The translations under genes and the position numbers were made by a program. From Spirirestis rafaelensis WJT71-NPBG6 (GTDB taxonomy: Bacteria > Cyanobacteriota > Cyanobacteriia > Cyanobacteriales > Nostocaceae): a stretch of 40,000 bases of DNA. This document shows, piece by piece, positions 9,115-17,170 of the stretch (its first letter is position 1; every line of letters starts with the position of its first letter). The DNA lies in NCBI GenBank assembly GCA_019359015.1, contig JAHHID010000001.1, forward strand, positions 3,274 to 43,273, in the 5' to 3' direction. A model generated the notes under the pieces. It made no database searches, was not told the DNA's origin, and saw nothing but the letters and a program-made list of their open reading frames with translations.

Positions 9115-10230
9115 TAAACGAGAACAAATCGCTTTTATTTCACTAGTATAAGTATCTAACCCATTCCAAGTAATTCCAGGTAGCAAATCGCCAAAAGCAT
9201 TAATTTCTAAAATGGCGTGATTTCGGAAATCAGGCAAAATCAGCAAATCAACACCGCAATATAAACTATTAGGAAATAAACCCGTAGCAGCTTCACAACT
9301 TTGCTTCATCACCTGCCAATTTTGCGTCCCAACTTTCGCCAAAAATTCCTCAGTATCTCCTCTTTCATTACCAAGATGTAAATTCGTCATCGGACTTTTT
9401 CCCAACCTGACAACGATATGTTGTGCTTCACCGTTGATAACCACCACACGCAAATCAAAACCGCATCCTTGTAAGCGTGCTTTGGGTAGCCATTCTTCTA
9501 CTTGAACACCTTCAGATGTTAAAATGTTAATAATATCGGCAATCTCTTCTGTTTTGGTATAGTTACGAATTTTACGCGAATTGTAAAGCAGTGTTTGCCC
9601 GTTTCTCTGCACTCTTTCCACAGTAGTGATAGCAGACTCAAAGCGCAAATTTGCTTGATAGGCAACGACTCCAGACGCAGCAGAACCGTGAGAAAGTTTG
9701 ATAAATACTCGCTCTAACTTTTCCTGCTGCATTTTTTGGCGTAAATGTTCGTAGTTGTGAATTGCACCCAACGAACGCGGAACCGGGATATTGTGACGAC
9801 TGAATATTTCATGACACAACGGTTTATCAAACATCGTAACGATGTCTTGCGGATGATTCATAATTGAGCATTTGAGTTGCTTTTCCCATTGCTGAAGTAA
9901 ATATCGCCAGCCTAAATACCATTGTCGAGGGTAGAAAATGCGTCCTTTATCAAAGACTAATTTTGCAGCTTCGGCAGAATTAATTTGTTGATGTTTACCT
10001 CTTGCAATTTCAGCACCAACAGCAATGATGGCTTTCTCAACTTCAAAGTTTTTTTCAGGAGAATCAAAACGGATGATAGTATCAGGTGTATTGAAATGTT
10101 CCAGAGTTTTGCCGGCAATTAAATCTGCGTAAGCTACGACAATTGCAGGTGGAAAATTGAGATTTTTAAGCGCTTGTTGAAAAAAATTAACCCGTCTATT
10201 TTCCCGGTTAGCGATGATAACATTGAGCAT
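9040..10230 (-). CDS. ATP-grasp family protein (STM4014-family-like)
   Basis: Shows FIKLSHGSAASGVVAY, DLRVVVINGE and ILEINAFGD, which are ATP-grasp-type blocks. The ATG at 10230 lies 5 nt after the stop of the upstream LRR gene; the track start at 10254 is a TTG. The last 24 codons are encoded by the MITE-like element. Confidence 0.75.
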   Translation of the reverse strand: MLNVIIANRENRRVNFFQQALKNLNFPPAIVVAYADLIAGKTLEHFNTPDTIIRFDSPEKNFEVEKAIIAVGAEIARGKHQQINSAEAAKLVFDKGRIFYPRQWYLGWRYLLQQWEKQLKCSIMNHPQDIVTMFDKPLCHEIFSRHNIPVPRSLGAIHNYEHLRQKMQQEKLERVFIKLSHGSAASGVVAYQANLRFESAITTVERVQRNGQTLLYNSRKIRNYTKTEEIADIINILTSEGVQVEEWLPKARLQGCGFDLRVVVINGEAQHIVVRLGKSPMTNLHLGNERGDTEEFLAKVGTQNWQVMKQSCEAATGLFPNSLYCGVDLLILPDFRNHAILEINAFGDLLPGITWNGLDTYTSEIKAICSRLSRSQVQPGNAINEALPHVPHQCNY

Positions 10231-10235
10231 TAATC

Positions 10236-11246
10236 TTACTCGGAAACAGAGCAATAACGATAAACTTCATTTTCATCGTCACAATCTTCTTCTGCTTTTT
10301 TTTGCCCATCAGTGATGATGCGAAACTGCATATTATCCTGTTTTTTTGGTATTGCTTTGATTAGTTCTTCTGATAAGAAGTTTTCTGAAAGATTGAGAAT
10401 ATTAAGTTGATGAACGGCGAAACAATTAAGCAATACTTCAGCACCGGCATCAGTCAGCGTTCCTAATGATAAATCGAGAATTTTAATTGAGTTAATCAAA
10501 GGTGAGTTTATAAAAGCTTTGGCAATATCATCAGAGTATTGGCTATTTCGCAATCCTAAATAAATCAAGTTTGGAAATACTGTATTAACTAGGATGGGAT
10601 CTAAGTTCTCAATGGTAGAATCTCCACCGTAAGTATCTAAACCTAGCCATAGTTCCAAATGCTCTAATTTGGGCAAATCGAGAGCGCAAATTTGAGCAAT
10701 GGTTGCACTATTCAAGCCACCAGTTTCAATAATGAGTGCTTTTAAATTGTCATGTCTCACAAACGGACTAAATGCTAAACTATCACCACCGCGAATTTGC
10801 AATATTTCCAGCTTGGGATATGCTTCTAAAACAGGGCTGATGTCGCTCTGTATTATCCAAGAAATTTCACTTTCATTGTAAGAAACATCGCCAATAAATA
10901 GACCTTTAAAATTAGTTAGTTTATCTTTGGCAGCAATTAGCGCATCAACTACAAGCTTAGAACTGTGAGCATACATTTCTCCATGCCACATTCCAAAAAT
11001 TAAAGGTTCTAATTTACTCGCTTCAGAATCTTGAAGAAGTTTTGCCAGTTTCTGTGCAGCATCTTCTTGCTCATCATATTCGCATCGAATGGCGTATGCG
11101 GTGTTAACAAAATCGCTGATGCCAATTTTTGGATTATATTCGACAACCTGCCGATTCGCAAATGTGGAGACGTGCATACCTCTGTATCCTGGATACTTCT
11201 CCAATCGCTCGTGAAGATTCCAAGGTTGATTTTGATTGTCTGTCAT
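10236..11246 (-). CDS. Leucine-rich-repeat (RNI-like) protein (STM4015-family-like), first gene of the cassette
   Basis: 336 aa. Has repeated L..L.L motifs (LKALIIETGGLN, LPKLEHLELWLG, FPNLIYLGLRNS, IKILDLSLGTLTDAGAEVLL, LNILNLSENFLSEE). A long AT-rich region lies upstream. Confidence 0.75.
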   Translation of the reverse strand: MTDNQNQPWNLHERLEKYPGYRGMHVSTFANRQVVEYNPKIGISDFVNTAYAIRCEYDEQEDAAQKLAKLLQDSEASKLEPLIFGMWHGEMYAHSSKLVVDALIAAKDKLTNFKGLFIGDVSYNESEISWIIQSDISPVLEAYPKLEILQIRGGDSLAFSPFVRHDNLKALIIETGGLNSATIAQICALDLPKLEHLELWLGLDTYGGDSTIENLDPILVNTVFPNLIYLGLRNSQYSDDIAKAFINSPLINSIKILDLSLGTLTDAGAEVLLNCFAVHQLNILNLSENFLSEELIKAIPKKQDNMQFRIITDGQKKAEEDCDDENEVYRYCSVSE

Positions 11247-11629
11247 AAAGCTCTAACCTCTACTCTGATAATAGGATTCCCATAAATGTACGCGAATATG
11301 CAATTTCATTCAAATCCACATTTTGTACTAGTTCCAACAACTGCCATAAGTTAGAGCTTATAACTGATAGCAAAAGTATTTTTTTTAAGATTGATAAAAG
11401 TTTTATTAAATTTCAATAGAATGCATATTAATAGCGTGCTATTAATCATGGTGCAAGTTATCACTTCAATTTATAATGAGCGATCGCTCTTTTTAGCAAG
11501 TATTTTATATTTTAGGACTTTTGTTCTTATTTGTACATAATTGCCAATACAACTGAGAAATTCGGCACTTTTTTGTTTATCAATTCGTCTTCAGCCAAAA
11601 ATCTACCAAAATATAATATTTATTGGCTC

Positions 11630-11880
11630 GTGATAGTCTACGAAATCCAAAATTTATGCAAAACTTATCAAGGACAAACCCTACCCGCTAAAAAACATCT
11701 TGCTACAAATTTACCAAGGTGAAATCTTTGGCATTTTGGGTGACAACGGTGCAGGTAAAAGTACTCTTGTGCGCCAAATGGCAAACTTGCTGAGAAGTTA
11801 TTTTGGTAGCATCACTTTTTTTCAAAAAAATATCACTGAAGCGCGTGATTTAGTACAAATGAATGTGGGCTATATGCCCT
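11630..11880 (+). pseudogene. ABC transporter ATP-binding protein, frameshifted N-terminal remnant
   Basis: (V)IVYEIQNLCKTYQGQTLPAKK is followed by a frame change near 11695 into LQIYQGEIFGILGDNGAGKSTLVRQMANLLRS...VGYMP (Walker A). Homology stops abruptly near 11880, before the Q-loop, signature and Walker B motifs. Confidence 0.7.
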
Positions 11881-12002
11881 ATTATCATTTTTATCGTAAA
11901 AGAAAGGGTTTAAGACCCCTATGTATACACGTAGCATCAGTTTCAGTCGGGGTTTAAATCCCCTACTGAAAATGTCTTTAATTTTGAATTGTTAACGGTC
12001 GT

Positions 12003-12206
12003 GTGATTATACCAGGCGATCGCTTGCCGGAGTTTTTGTTAATTTTAGGATATTTAAGTCCTGCTACTTATGCAGCGTCAGCGTTGCGACAAACTTTGCT
12101 CGCAGCGATAACGGGAAAATTAATGGTAGATATTATGGCTTTGCTAATTTTTGCGTTGCTTACTTTCTGGTTGGTGGGACGTAAGCTAGATTGGCGATTG
12201 CGGTAG
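12003..12206 (+). pseudogene. ABC-2-type permease, C-terminal remnant only
   Basis: The 67-aa ORF LPEFLLILGYLSPATYAASALRQTLL...LLIFALLTFWLVGRKLDWRLR looks like the last TM helices of an ABC-2 permease. No upstream body is present. Confidence 0.55.
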
Positions 12207-12232
12207 TAAGCACGCTTTGTGCTTACTACGAG

Positions 12233-12787
12233 TTAACATTCATCGCTTTTGCAGGTGAAGTGATTTTCCAACAGAGAGGCGATCGCTTCAGGGCGCACTT
12301 TCTTGTATTGCTTCTTCCCAACCTGTAAAATACAGTTGGGTGCGCTGCTACAAGTTTTTTGGCAGCTGGTACGCTCGATTGTAACTCGATCTAATAGACC
12401 GCGATCGCATAAAGTCTGTTCTAATTCTGATAACAAACCTTTACCACCACGCTTCAAGCAACCAGATTTTTGACATATCATAATCCGTGCTTTTTGAGAA
12501 GGTGCATTTTGTTTTGGGCAAACACCACTTCGAGACACACCATTTGCCTTCAGTTTAAGTTCGCCTGTCAGCTTGTTTAACTTACTAACACCAACAACGC
12601 GAATTTTATCACCTGGTACTAAAGATACACTAATAGAGGTACGCAATTCTTTAGGAATTTTAATTTCTACCTCTTCAGAGTCAATTACCAAACGCAAATA
12701 TTTAGCTTTTTTTGGTTTATCACCAATAAAACTTAGTAATTCTCCTTCAAGATTAAATTCTGATATCGTCAGATATTTGTCGCTCAT
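12233..12787 (-). CDS. Thioredoxin-like [2Fe-2S] ferredoxin-domain protein, last gene of the leftward nif-accessory operon
   Basis: The C-terminal half ICQKSGCLKRGG...TSCQKTCSSAPNC has the 4-Cys pattern of NuoE-type 2Fe-2S domains. It sits directly downstream of nifT. Confidence 0.72.
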   Translation of the reverse strand: MSDKYLTISEFNLEGELLSFIGDKPKKAKYLRLVIDSEEVEIKIPKELRTSISVSLVPGDKIRVVGVSKLNKLTGELKLKANGVSRSGVCPKQNAPSQKARIMICQKSGCLKRGGKGLLSELEQTLCDRGLLDRVTIERTSCQKTCSSAPNCILQVGKKQYKKVRPEAIASLLENHFTCKSDEC

Positions 12788-12835
12788 TTTGAATTTTAGA
12801 TTTTAGATTTTGGATTACAAAAAATCCTCTCCTCC

Positions 12836-12943
12836 TCTCGTTCCTAGCACCACTGCTAGGAATGCAATTATTCGAGGCTCTGCCTCGTCTGGAGGAGGCA
12901 GAGCCTCCAGATAAGCATTACCACGCTCTGCGTGGTAACGAGA
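12836..12943. mobile_element. MITE-like element, compact sibling of 8971-9114
   Basis: tctcgttcctagcaccactgctaggaatgcaattattcgaggctctgcctc (12836-12886) faces gaggcagagcctccagataagcattaccacgctctgcgtggtaacgaga (12895-12943). It has the same termini (TCTCGTT...GAGGCTCTGCCTC) as the copy at 8971-9114. Confidence 0.55.
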
Positions 12944-12991
12944 AAAAATGTAGGGTGTGTTAGGCGGCTAAAAACTATCCACCAACTCTTT

Positions 12992-13195
12992 TCACGACAG
13001 CCGTTTGGCTTCAAAAGTTTTTGGTAATTTTAGCGGTTCTGGCAAGTCGGAAAATTCTAATTCCCAGCCGTTAGCTAGGGTAAAAATCATTCCATCGGCT
13101 CCCGCTGTTTGCTTAACAACTTCTTCTTCTAAGTCTTTTTTAGCAACGTAGGCAATTAAATTTCCAGCATCATTCATCCGCAGCATTACTTTCAT
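12992..13195 (-). CDS. nifT: NifT/FixU
   Basis: 67 aa: MKVMLRMNDAGNLIAYVAKKDLEEEVV...NGWELEF. Has the typical NifT sequence and sits after nifZ. Confidence 0.9.
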   Translation of the reverse strand: MKVMLRMNDAGNLIAYVAKKDLEEEVVKQTAGADGMIFTLANGWELEFSDLPEPLKLPKTFEAKRLS

Positions 13196-13458
13196 TTTGT
13201 TTCCTCAACAGCTTCTAATTCTTTTTTGTGGCAGCCTACGATGAATCCTGTTTCCAAAAAATGCACCGCATAAATATAGGAACTTTGTAAGAAAGTGCCA
13301 ATACTAGAGATGTAGCCAATATCTCCCTTTTTAGCTAAAACTGCTCCGATTTCTTGACCAGGAAATGTGCCATCATTTTTGATTAACTTGCGAAGTCGGA
13401 CTTTTTGACCGATTTCAAAGACTGGTGGCAAATCCAGTTCTAATTCATCCCGCTGCAT
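13192..13458 (-). CDS. nifZ: NifZ
   Basis: 88 aa: FEIGQKVRLRKLIKNDGTFPG...GDIGYI...YAVHF. Overlaps nifT by 4 nt and nifV by 14 nt. Confidence 0.9.
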   Translation of the reverse strand: MQRDELELDLPPVFEIGQKVRLRKLIKNDGTFPGQEIGAVLAKKGDIGYISSIGTFLQSSYIYAVHFLETGFIVGCHKKELEAVEETK

Positions 13459-14578
13459 GAGAATACCTCTGTTCTTCCACCAAATTTAAAAGTTCTTGTG
13501 TAGTCAGGCTGCGTTTTTTCTGAACTGACTGCTGTCGTACCGCATCCAAGATAGATTTTGTTTCTTCTGAGTTCAGGCTAATACCGTGCTGCTGAAGTAA
13601 GTTAGATACCAAATGACGACCAGAATGTTTACCTAAAACCAAACGTCGTTCCCAGCCTACTTCTTCGGGGGCAAATGGTTCGTAGGTGATGGGGTTTTGT
13701 AGGACACCGTGAGCATGAATACCAGATTCATGAGCAAAAGTGTTGTCACCAACGATCGCTTTCCAAGGAGGTACACTAGAACCTGATGCTGAAGCCACAA
13801 GTCGGGAAAGTTCCAACAAACGAGGGGTATCAATGCCCAAATCAACATTGTGGATGCGTTTCATCGCCATAACAACTTCTTCTAAAGCTGCATTTCCGGC
13901 TCTTTCCCCCAATCCGTTGACTGTGGTATTCACCGATAAAGCGCCAGCTTTGATACCTGATAAAGCGTTAGCAGTCGCTAAACCAAAATCATTGTGAGTG
14001 TGAATTTCCACGGGAATCGTCAAAGCATTCACCAGTCGCTTCACTTTGGTGAAAGTGCCGAATGGTTCGAGAACCCCGACGGTATCGCAGAAGCGAAACC
14101 GGGAAGCACCCCACTCTGTGGCATAATGTGCCACATCTAAAAGAAAGTTGTCATCAGCTCTAGATGAATCTTCACCTCCAACTGCAACCCAAAGACCTTT
14201 ATCAACGGCAAAGCTGATAGAATCTCTCAATTGTTGCAAAGTTACGCGCCACTGACCGTGAAATTTTGCGGCAATTTGAATTCCAGAGACGGGAATCGAA
14301 ATATGCACTCGTTGCAAACCACACGCTATAGAAGCTTCAATATCTGAGATAACAGCGCGGTTCCAGCCTAATAGTTTGGCTTGCAAACCCATATTATTAA
14401 TTATAGATATAGCGCGTATTTCTTCCTCGCCCATCGCTGGAATTCCGACTTCTAATTCCTGAACGCCCATTGCATCCAAAAATTTGGCGATCGCTACTTT
14501 CTCTTCTAAAGTGAAGGCAACACCTGCCGCTTGCTCACCGTCACGCAGCGTCGTGTCATTAATCATGACTTGATTCAT
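13445..14578 (-). CDS. nifV: Homocitrate synthase
   Basis: 377 aa: INDTTLRDGEQAAGVAF...HTHNDFGLATANALSG..., the DRE-TIM HMGL-like fold typical of NifV. Confidence 0.92.
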   Translation of the reverse strand: MNQVMINDTTLRDGEQAAGVAFTLEEKVAIAKFLDAMGVQELEVGIPAMGEEEIRAISIINNMGLQAKLLGWNRAVISDIEASIACGLQRVHISIPVSGIQIAAKFHGQWRVTLQQLRDSISFAVDKGLWVAVGGEDSSRADDNFLLDVAHYATEWGASRFRFCDTVGVLEPFGTFTKVKRLVNALTIPVEIHTHNDFGLATANALSGIKAGALSVNTTVNGLGERAGNAALEEVVMAMKRIHNVDLGIDTPRLLELSRLVASASGSSVPPWKAIVGDNTFAHESGIHAHGVLQNPITYEPFAPEEVGWERRLVLGKHSGRHLVSNLLQQHGISLNSEETKSILDAVRQQSVQKKRSLTTQELLNLVEEQRYSHAAG

Positions 14579-14806
14579 ATCTAATATCCTCTTAGGAACT
14601 TTTCCTAATACCCTTTCTTGATTGCGGTGCTACTTTTCAAAGAATTCCTGGTAATGGCAGTTGATGCTCGACGGTAAATGCTGAAAAATATCACATTTCA
14701 TATTTTTTCATTATTAACCGATTACCAACAGCACATCTGTATGAGATAGAACGAAAAAAAGGTATAAATTACGGATTATTCTTTTCCGTAGGATACTTTA
14801 TTGGTT

Positions 14807-14887
14807 CTAGCAGCAGGTAGCTAATACAGCTACTAACAACTGCCGGACAAACTTGATGCTAATTCCAGCTAAGAAAGTGAAAATCAT
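14807..14887 (-). CDS. Candidate 26-aa hydrophobic micro-ORF between DUF2949 and nifV (speculative)
   Basis: Hand translation gives ATG(14887) MIFTFLAGISIKFVRQLLVAVLATCC TAG(14809-14807). A GAGGA lies 8 nt upstream, and the ORF is on the same strand as the operon. Confidence 0.25.
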   Translation of the reverse strand: MIFTFLAGISIKFVRQLLVAVLATCC

Positions 14888-14969
14888 GGCAAAATCCTCG
14901 TGTAGTTCCAAAATTTTGGCATTTAGGGTAGACAATTCATCATGCTATAAGCTAAAGAGCGAAACTTCG

Positions 14970-15167
14970 CTAAATTTGGTTTTCCAGCCAATCAAAAATC
15001 CGTTCTAGCTGCTCTAGGTCTACTAGACCATACTGCCAAAGAAGCATGGGTAAAGGACCTCTTTCTAATTCCCGGTGTCGCAGTGCCACAGCGATATCGG
15101 CAGTTGAAAGCGAAAGTTCTTGATGCAAAAAATTGATAAATTTTGTATCGCTGCGAGCTACGATCAT
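14970..15167 (-). CDS. DUF2949-family small protein (nif-cluster associated in cyanobacteria)
   Basis: 65 aa: FINFLHQELSLSTADIAVALRHRE...PLPMLLWQYGLVDLEQLERIFDWLE. Confidence 0.7.
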   Translation of the reverse strand: MIVARSDTKFINFLHQELSLSTADIAVALRHRELERGPLPMLLWQYGLVDLEQLERIFDWLENQI

Positions 15168-15335
15168 CGAAAATTAAACTCCTTCACCTGATAAAGAATT
15201 GAAAATTTGAAATTAAAAGTCAAATTTGATAATTTCTCCTTTTTAATTACTGGGATATGTGGAAAAATGTTCATTTTTAACAAATTGAATAACAGCTAAA
15301 TGTATGCTATTTTTCTGCTAAAATTGTCCGGATAC

Positions 15336-15593
15336 TCAGTAATTATCGCTGTAATTCCAGCAACGCTCTAACCAGTGAACTAACTCGTGGCGTGAAGCAA
15401 CAAATTGCATCACGGTACTACGGACAAGAATCGCTGTTATACAACTATTTACTTGTACCCGCAAAGAACCATCGGCAGGACAAGAACTCTTAATCATTAA
15501 TTCTTGTAAACGGTGATGAATTCGCCAGCGATCGCACAAAGGAATTTGCAAAATCTGATCGCCTAAGGCATCGGAATTACTACAAGGTGGCAT
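15336..15593 (-). CDS. Asr1405/Asl0597-family protein
   Basis: CDRWRIHHRLQELMIKSSCPADGSLRVQVNS...VRSTVMQFVASRHELVHWLERCW. The likely start is Met39 of the track ORF (15593); the upstream 38 codons lie in a dispersed repeat. Confidence 0.65.
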   Translation of the reverse strand: MPPCSNSDALGDQILQIPLCDRWRIHHRLQELMIKSSCPADGSLRVQVNSCITAILVRSTVMQFVASRHELVHWLERCWNYSDNY

Positions 15594-15599
15594 AATTGC

Positions 15600-15790
15600 A
15601 GATTGGGGACTAGTGTTGATGTTTTTGTAGTGAGCCAGCGCGGTCTTCTCCCAAAGGGAGAGGCTAGCGCCAAGGGGAGGCAGTGCGGTGGACGGGTTCC
15701 CCGGCATAAAGCACCTGCCGTGGTTTCCCCCATGAGCGACTGGCGAACCCGTTCGCGCAGCGTCTCGTAGAGAAGGGTGAGCGTTTTAAC
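15600..15790. repeat. GC-rich dispersed repeat between cysE and the Asr1405-family gene
   Basis: The block gccagcgcggtcttctcccaaagggagaggctagcgccaagggg...ggcgaacccgttcgcgcagcgtctcgtagagaaggg resembles acgttcgcgtagcgtcccgcaggg at 37300-37325. Confidence 0.4.
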
Positions 15791-15816
15791 GCTTAAAGTA
15801 AGGATTAAAGTCCTTA

Positions 15817-16578
15817 CTACGAAAAAGGAATTTTCATGCTTTGCTGCGAACTCTGTTCTTGATGATTTTTGAGAATTTGCAGTTGTTGTTCAAGTTGCTC
15901 AATGCGAGATAGCAAAGAGTGCATTACCGACGCTTCGACATCGGGTAGCTTTCCATGTTCTAAGGGGGAGAGACTTTCTTTGCGGCAAATAGTGCGTCCG
16001 GGAATTCCCACGACGGTAGAATCTGAGGAGACATCGCGTAAAACAACTGAACCGGCACCGACACGCACGCGATCGCCAATTTGAATATTGCCCAAAATTT
16101 TCGCACCCGCTCCCACCACAACGTTTTTGCCCAAAGTGGGATGGCGTTTACCTTCTTCTTTCCCAGTTCCGCCAAGAGTCACATCTTGGTAAATCAGCGT
16201 ATAATCTCCCACAATGGCAGTTTCACCAATAACAACGCCCATACCGTGGTCGATAAATACACCTTTGCCAATCTTTGCACCTGGGTGAATTTCAATTCCT
16301 GTGAAAAACCGCCCCAAGTGTGAAATAAAGCGAGGAATAAAACTTACTTCACGACAATGTAACCAGTGAGCAAGGCGATGCAAACAAAGTGCATGTAATC
16401 CAGGGTAGCAAAACAGCACTTCTAGCCAATTACGTGCCGCAGGATCGCGCTCAAAGATAATACGAAAATCACTCGAAATTGGCTGAAAAAAATCTCTATT
16501 CAGCAGATTTTTCAGGAAGTCCGTATTCGCATAGTCCGGCGTGGGTGAATTTTTAATACTGTCGTCGAGGCGTTGCAT
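15817..16578 (-). CDS. cysE: Serine O-acetyltransferase (nif-associated cysE, also called nifP)
   Basis: 253 aa: [27 protein letters not shown], followed by hexapeptide repeats [31 protein letters not shown]. Confidence 0.9.
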   Translation of the reverse strand: MQRLDDSIKNSPTPDYANTDFLKNLLNRDFFQPISSDFRIIFERDPAARNWLEVLFCYPGLHALCLHRLAHWLHCREVSFIPRFISHLGRFFTGIEIHPGAKIGKGVFIDHGMGVVIGETAIVGDYTLIYQDVTLGGTGKEEGKRHPTLGKNVVVGAGAKILGNIQIGDRVRVGAGSVVLRDVSSDSTVVGIPGRTICRKESLSPLEHGKLPDVEASVMHSLLSRIEQLEQQLQILKNHQEQSSQQSMKIPFS

Positions 16579-16685
16579 CGTAATAGCCTGAGTAAAAGAG
16601 CCGTGTGCTATTTTTCTGCTTATATCAGGCGGCTCTTAAAAGGGCAGTGCATCCGATGCCTATTTGATTTTATTGAATTGATTAA

Positions 16686-16891
16686 GGTTGCACTCATAAC
16701 CCCAAACCCTGATTTAAGCTAAATTTAAAATTTCCTTTGGGGTAGGGGTGCTAGTATTTTTAGGATAGGGGTACTAGTATTTCGGGGTAGGGGAGTAAGT
16801 ATTTTTGCACTCAATCTTTAGCCCCTTTAATGTAAGGCTGAGTAAGCATTTCTGCCAAATATTTTCTTAAAACTTAACCTGTACTCATATC
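16686..16891 (-). promoter_or_regulatory. Upstream motif array of cysE: three TG(C/T)ACTCA boxes plus three tandem GGGGTAGGGGTRCTAGTATTT units. It mirrors 18901-19106.
   Basis: The boxes are at 16689-16696, 16806-16813 and 16880-16887, and the tandem 22-23-bp units span 16739-16805. The array is a colinear reverse complement of the block upstream of nifB. Confidence 0.5.
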
Positions 16892-17057
16892 TACTGAGAA
16901 ATCAAATATTCGGCTTAAAAAGAAAAGTTCTGTATATCGATTTACCAAATATATATTATTATTCAAGCTAGTAAAAAACGACTTTCTTTATTTTGTTTTA
17001 GCTTTTTATGTCTGTATGTACAAATACTATTTAAAATCTTATCTACGCATCTGCTGA

Positions 17058-17170
17058 AGGGAAGAGGAGGGGGGGAGTGGGGGAGTGGGAGACAAGGGGA
17101 CACCGAGGAGGATAATTCTTCTTTCTCCCACTCCCCCACTCTCCCCATCTCCCTCTGTTTCCCTCCTCTT
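17058..17170. repeat. G-rich/C-rich heptamer inverted repeat immediately 3' of the oxidoreductase gene (terminator-like hairpin)
   Basis: gggaagaggagggggggagtgggggagtgggaga faces tctcccactcccccactctccccatctccctc. It also generates the spurious ORF 16963..17211. Confidence 0.55.

Noticed and set aside
11351-11449. A 32-codon AT-rich ORF (MINSTLLICILLKFNKTF...) upstream of the cassette, considered as a possible precursor peptide
   Set aside because: It has no ribosome-binding site and extreme AT-driven composition (Asn/Lys/Ile/Leu). It is indistinguishable from chance in a promoter-like AT-rich spacer and would need conservation evidence.
11906-11964. Two GGGGTTTAAATCCCC-like palindromes, 43 nt apart, considered as a degenerate two-repeat CRISPR remnant
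   Set aside because: Only the 15-nt cores match and the flanks do not. There are just two copies and no leader or cas context. I kept it only as a possible deletion or insertion scar.
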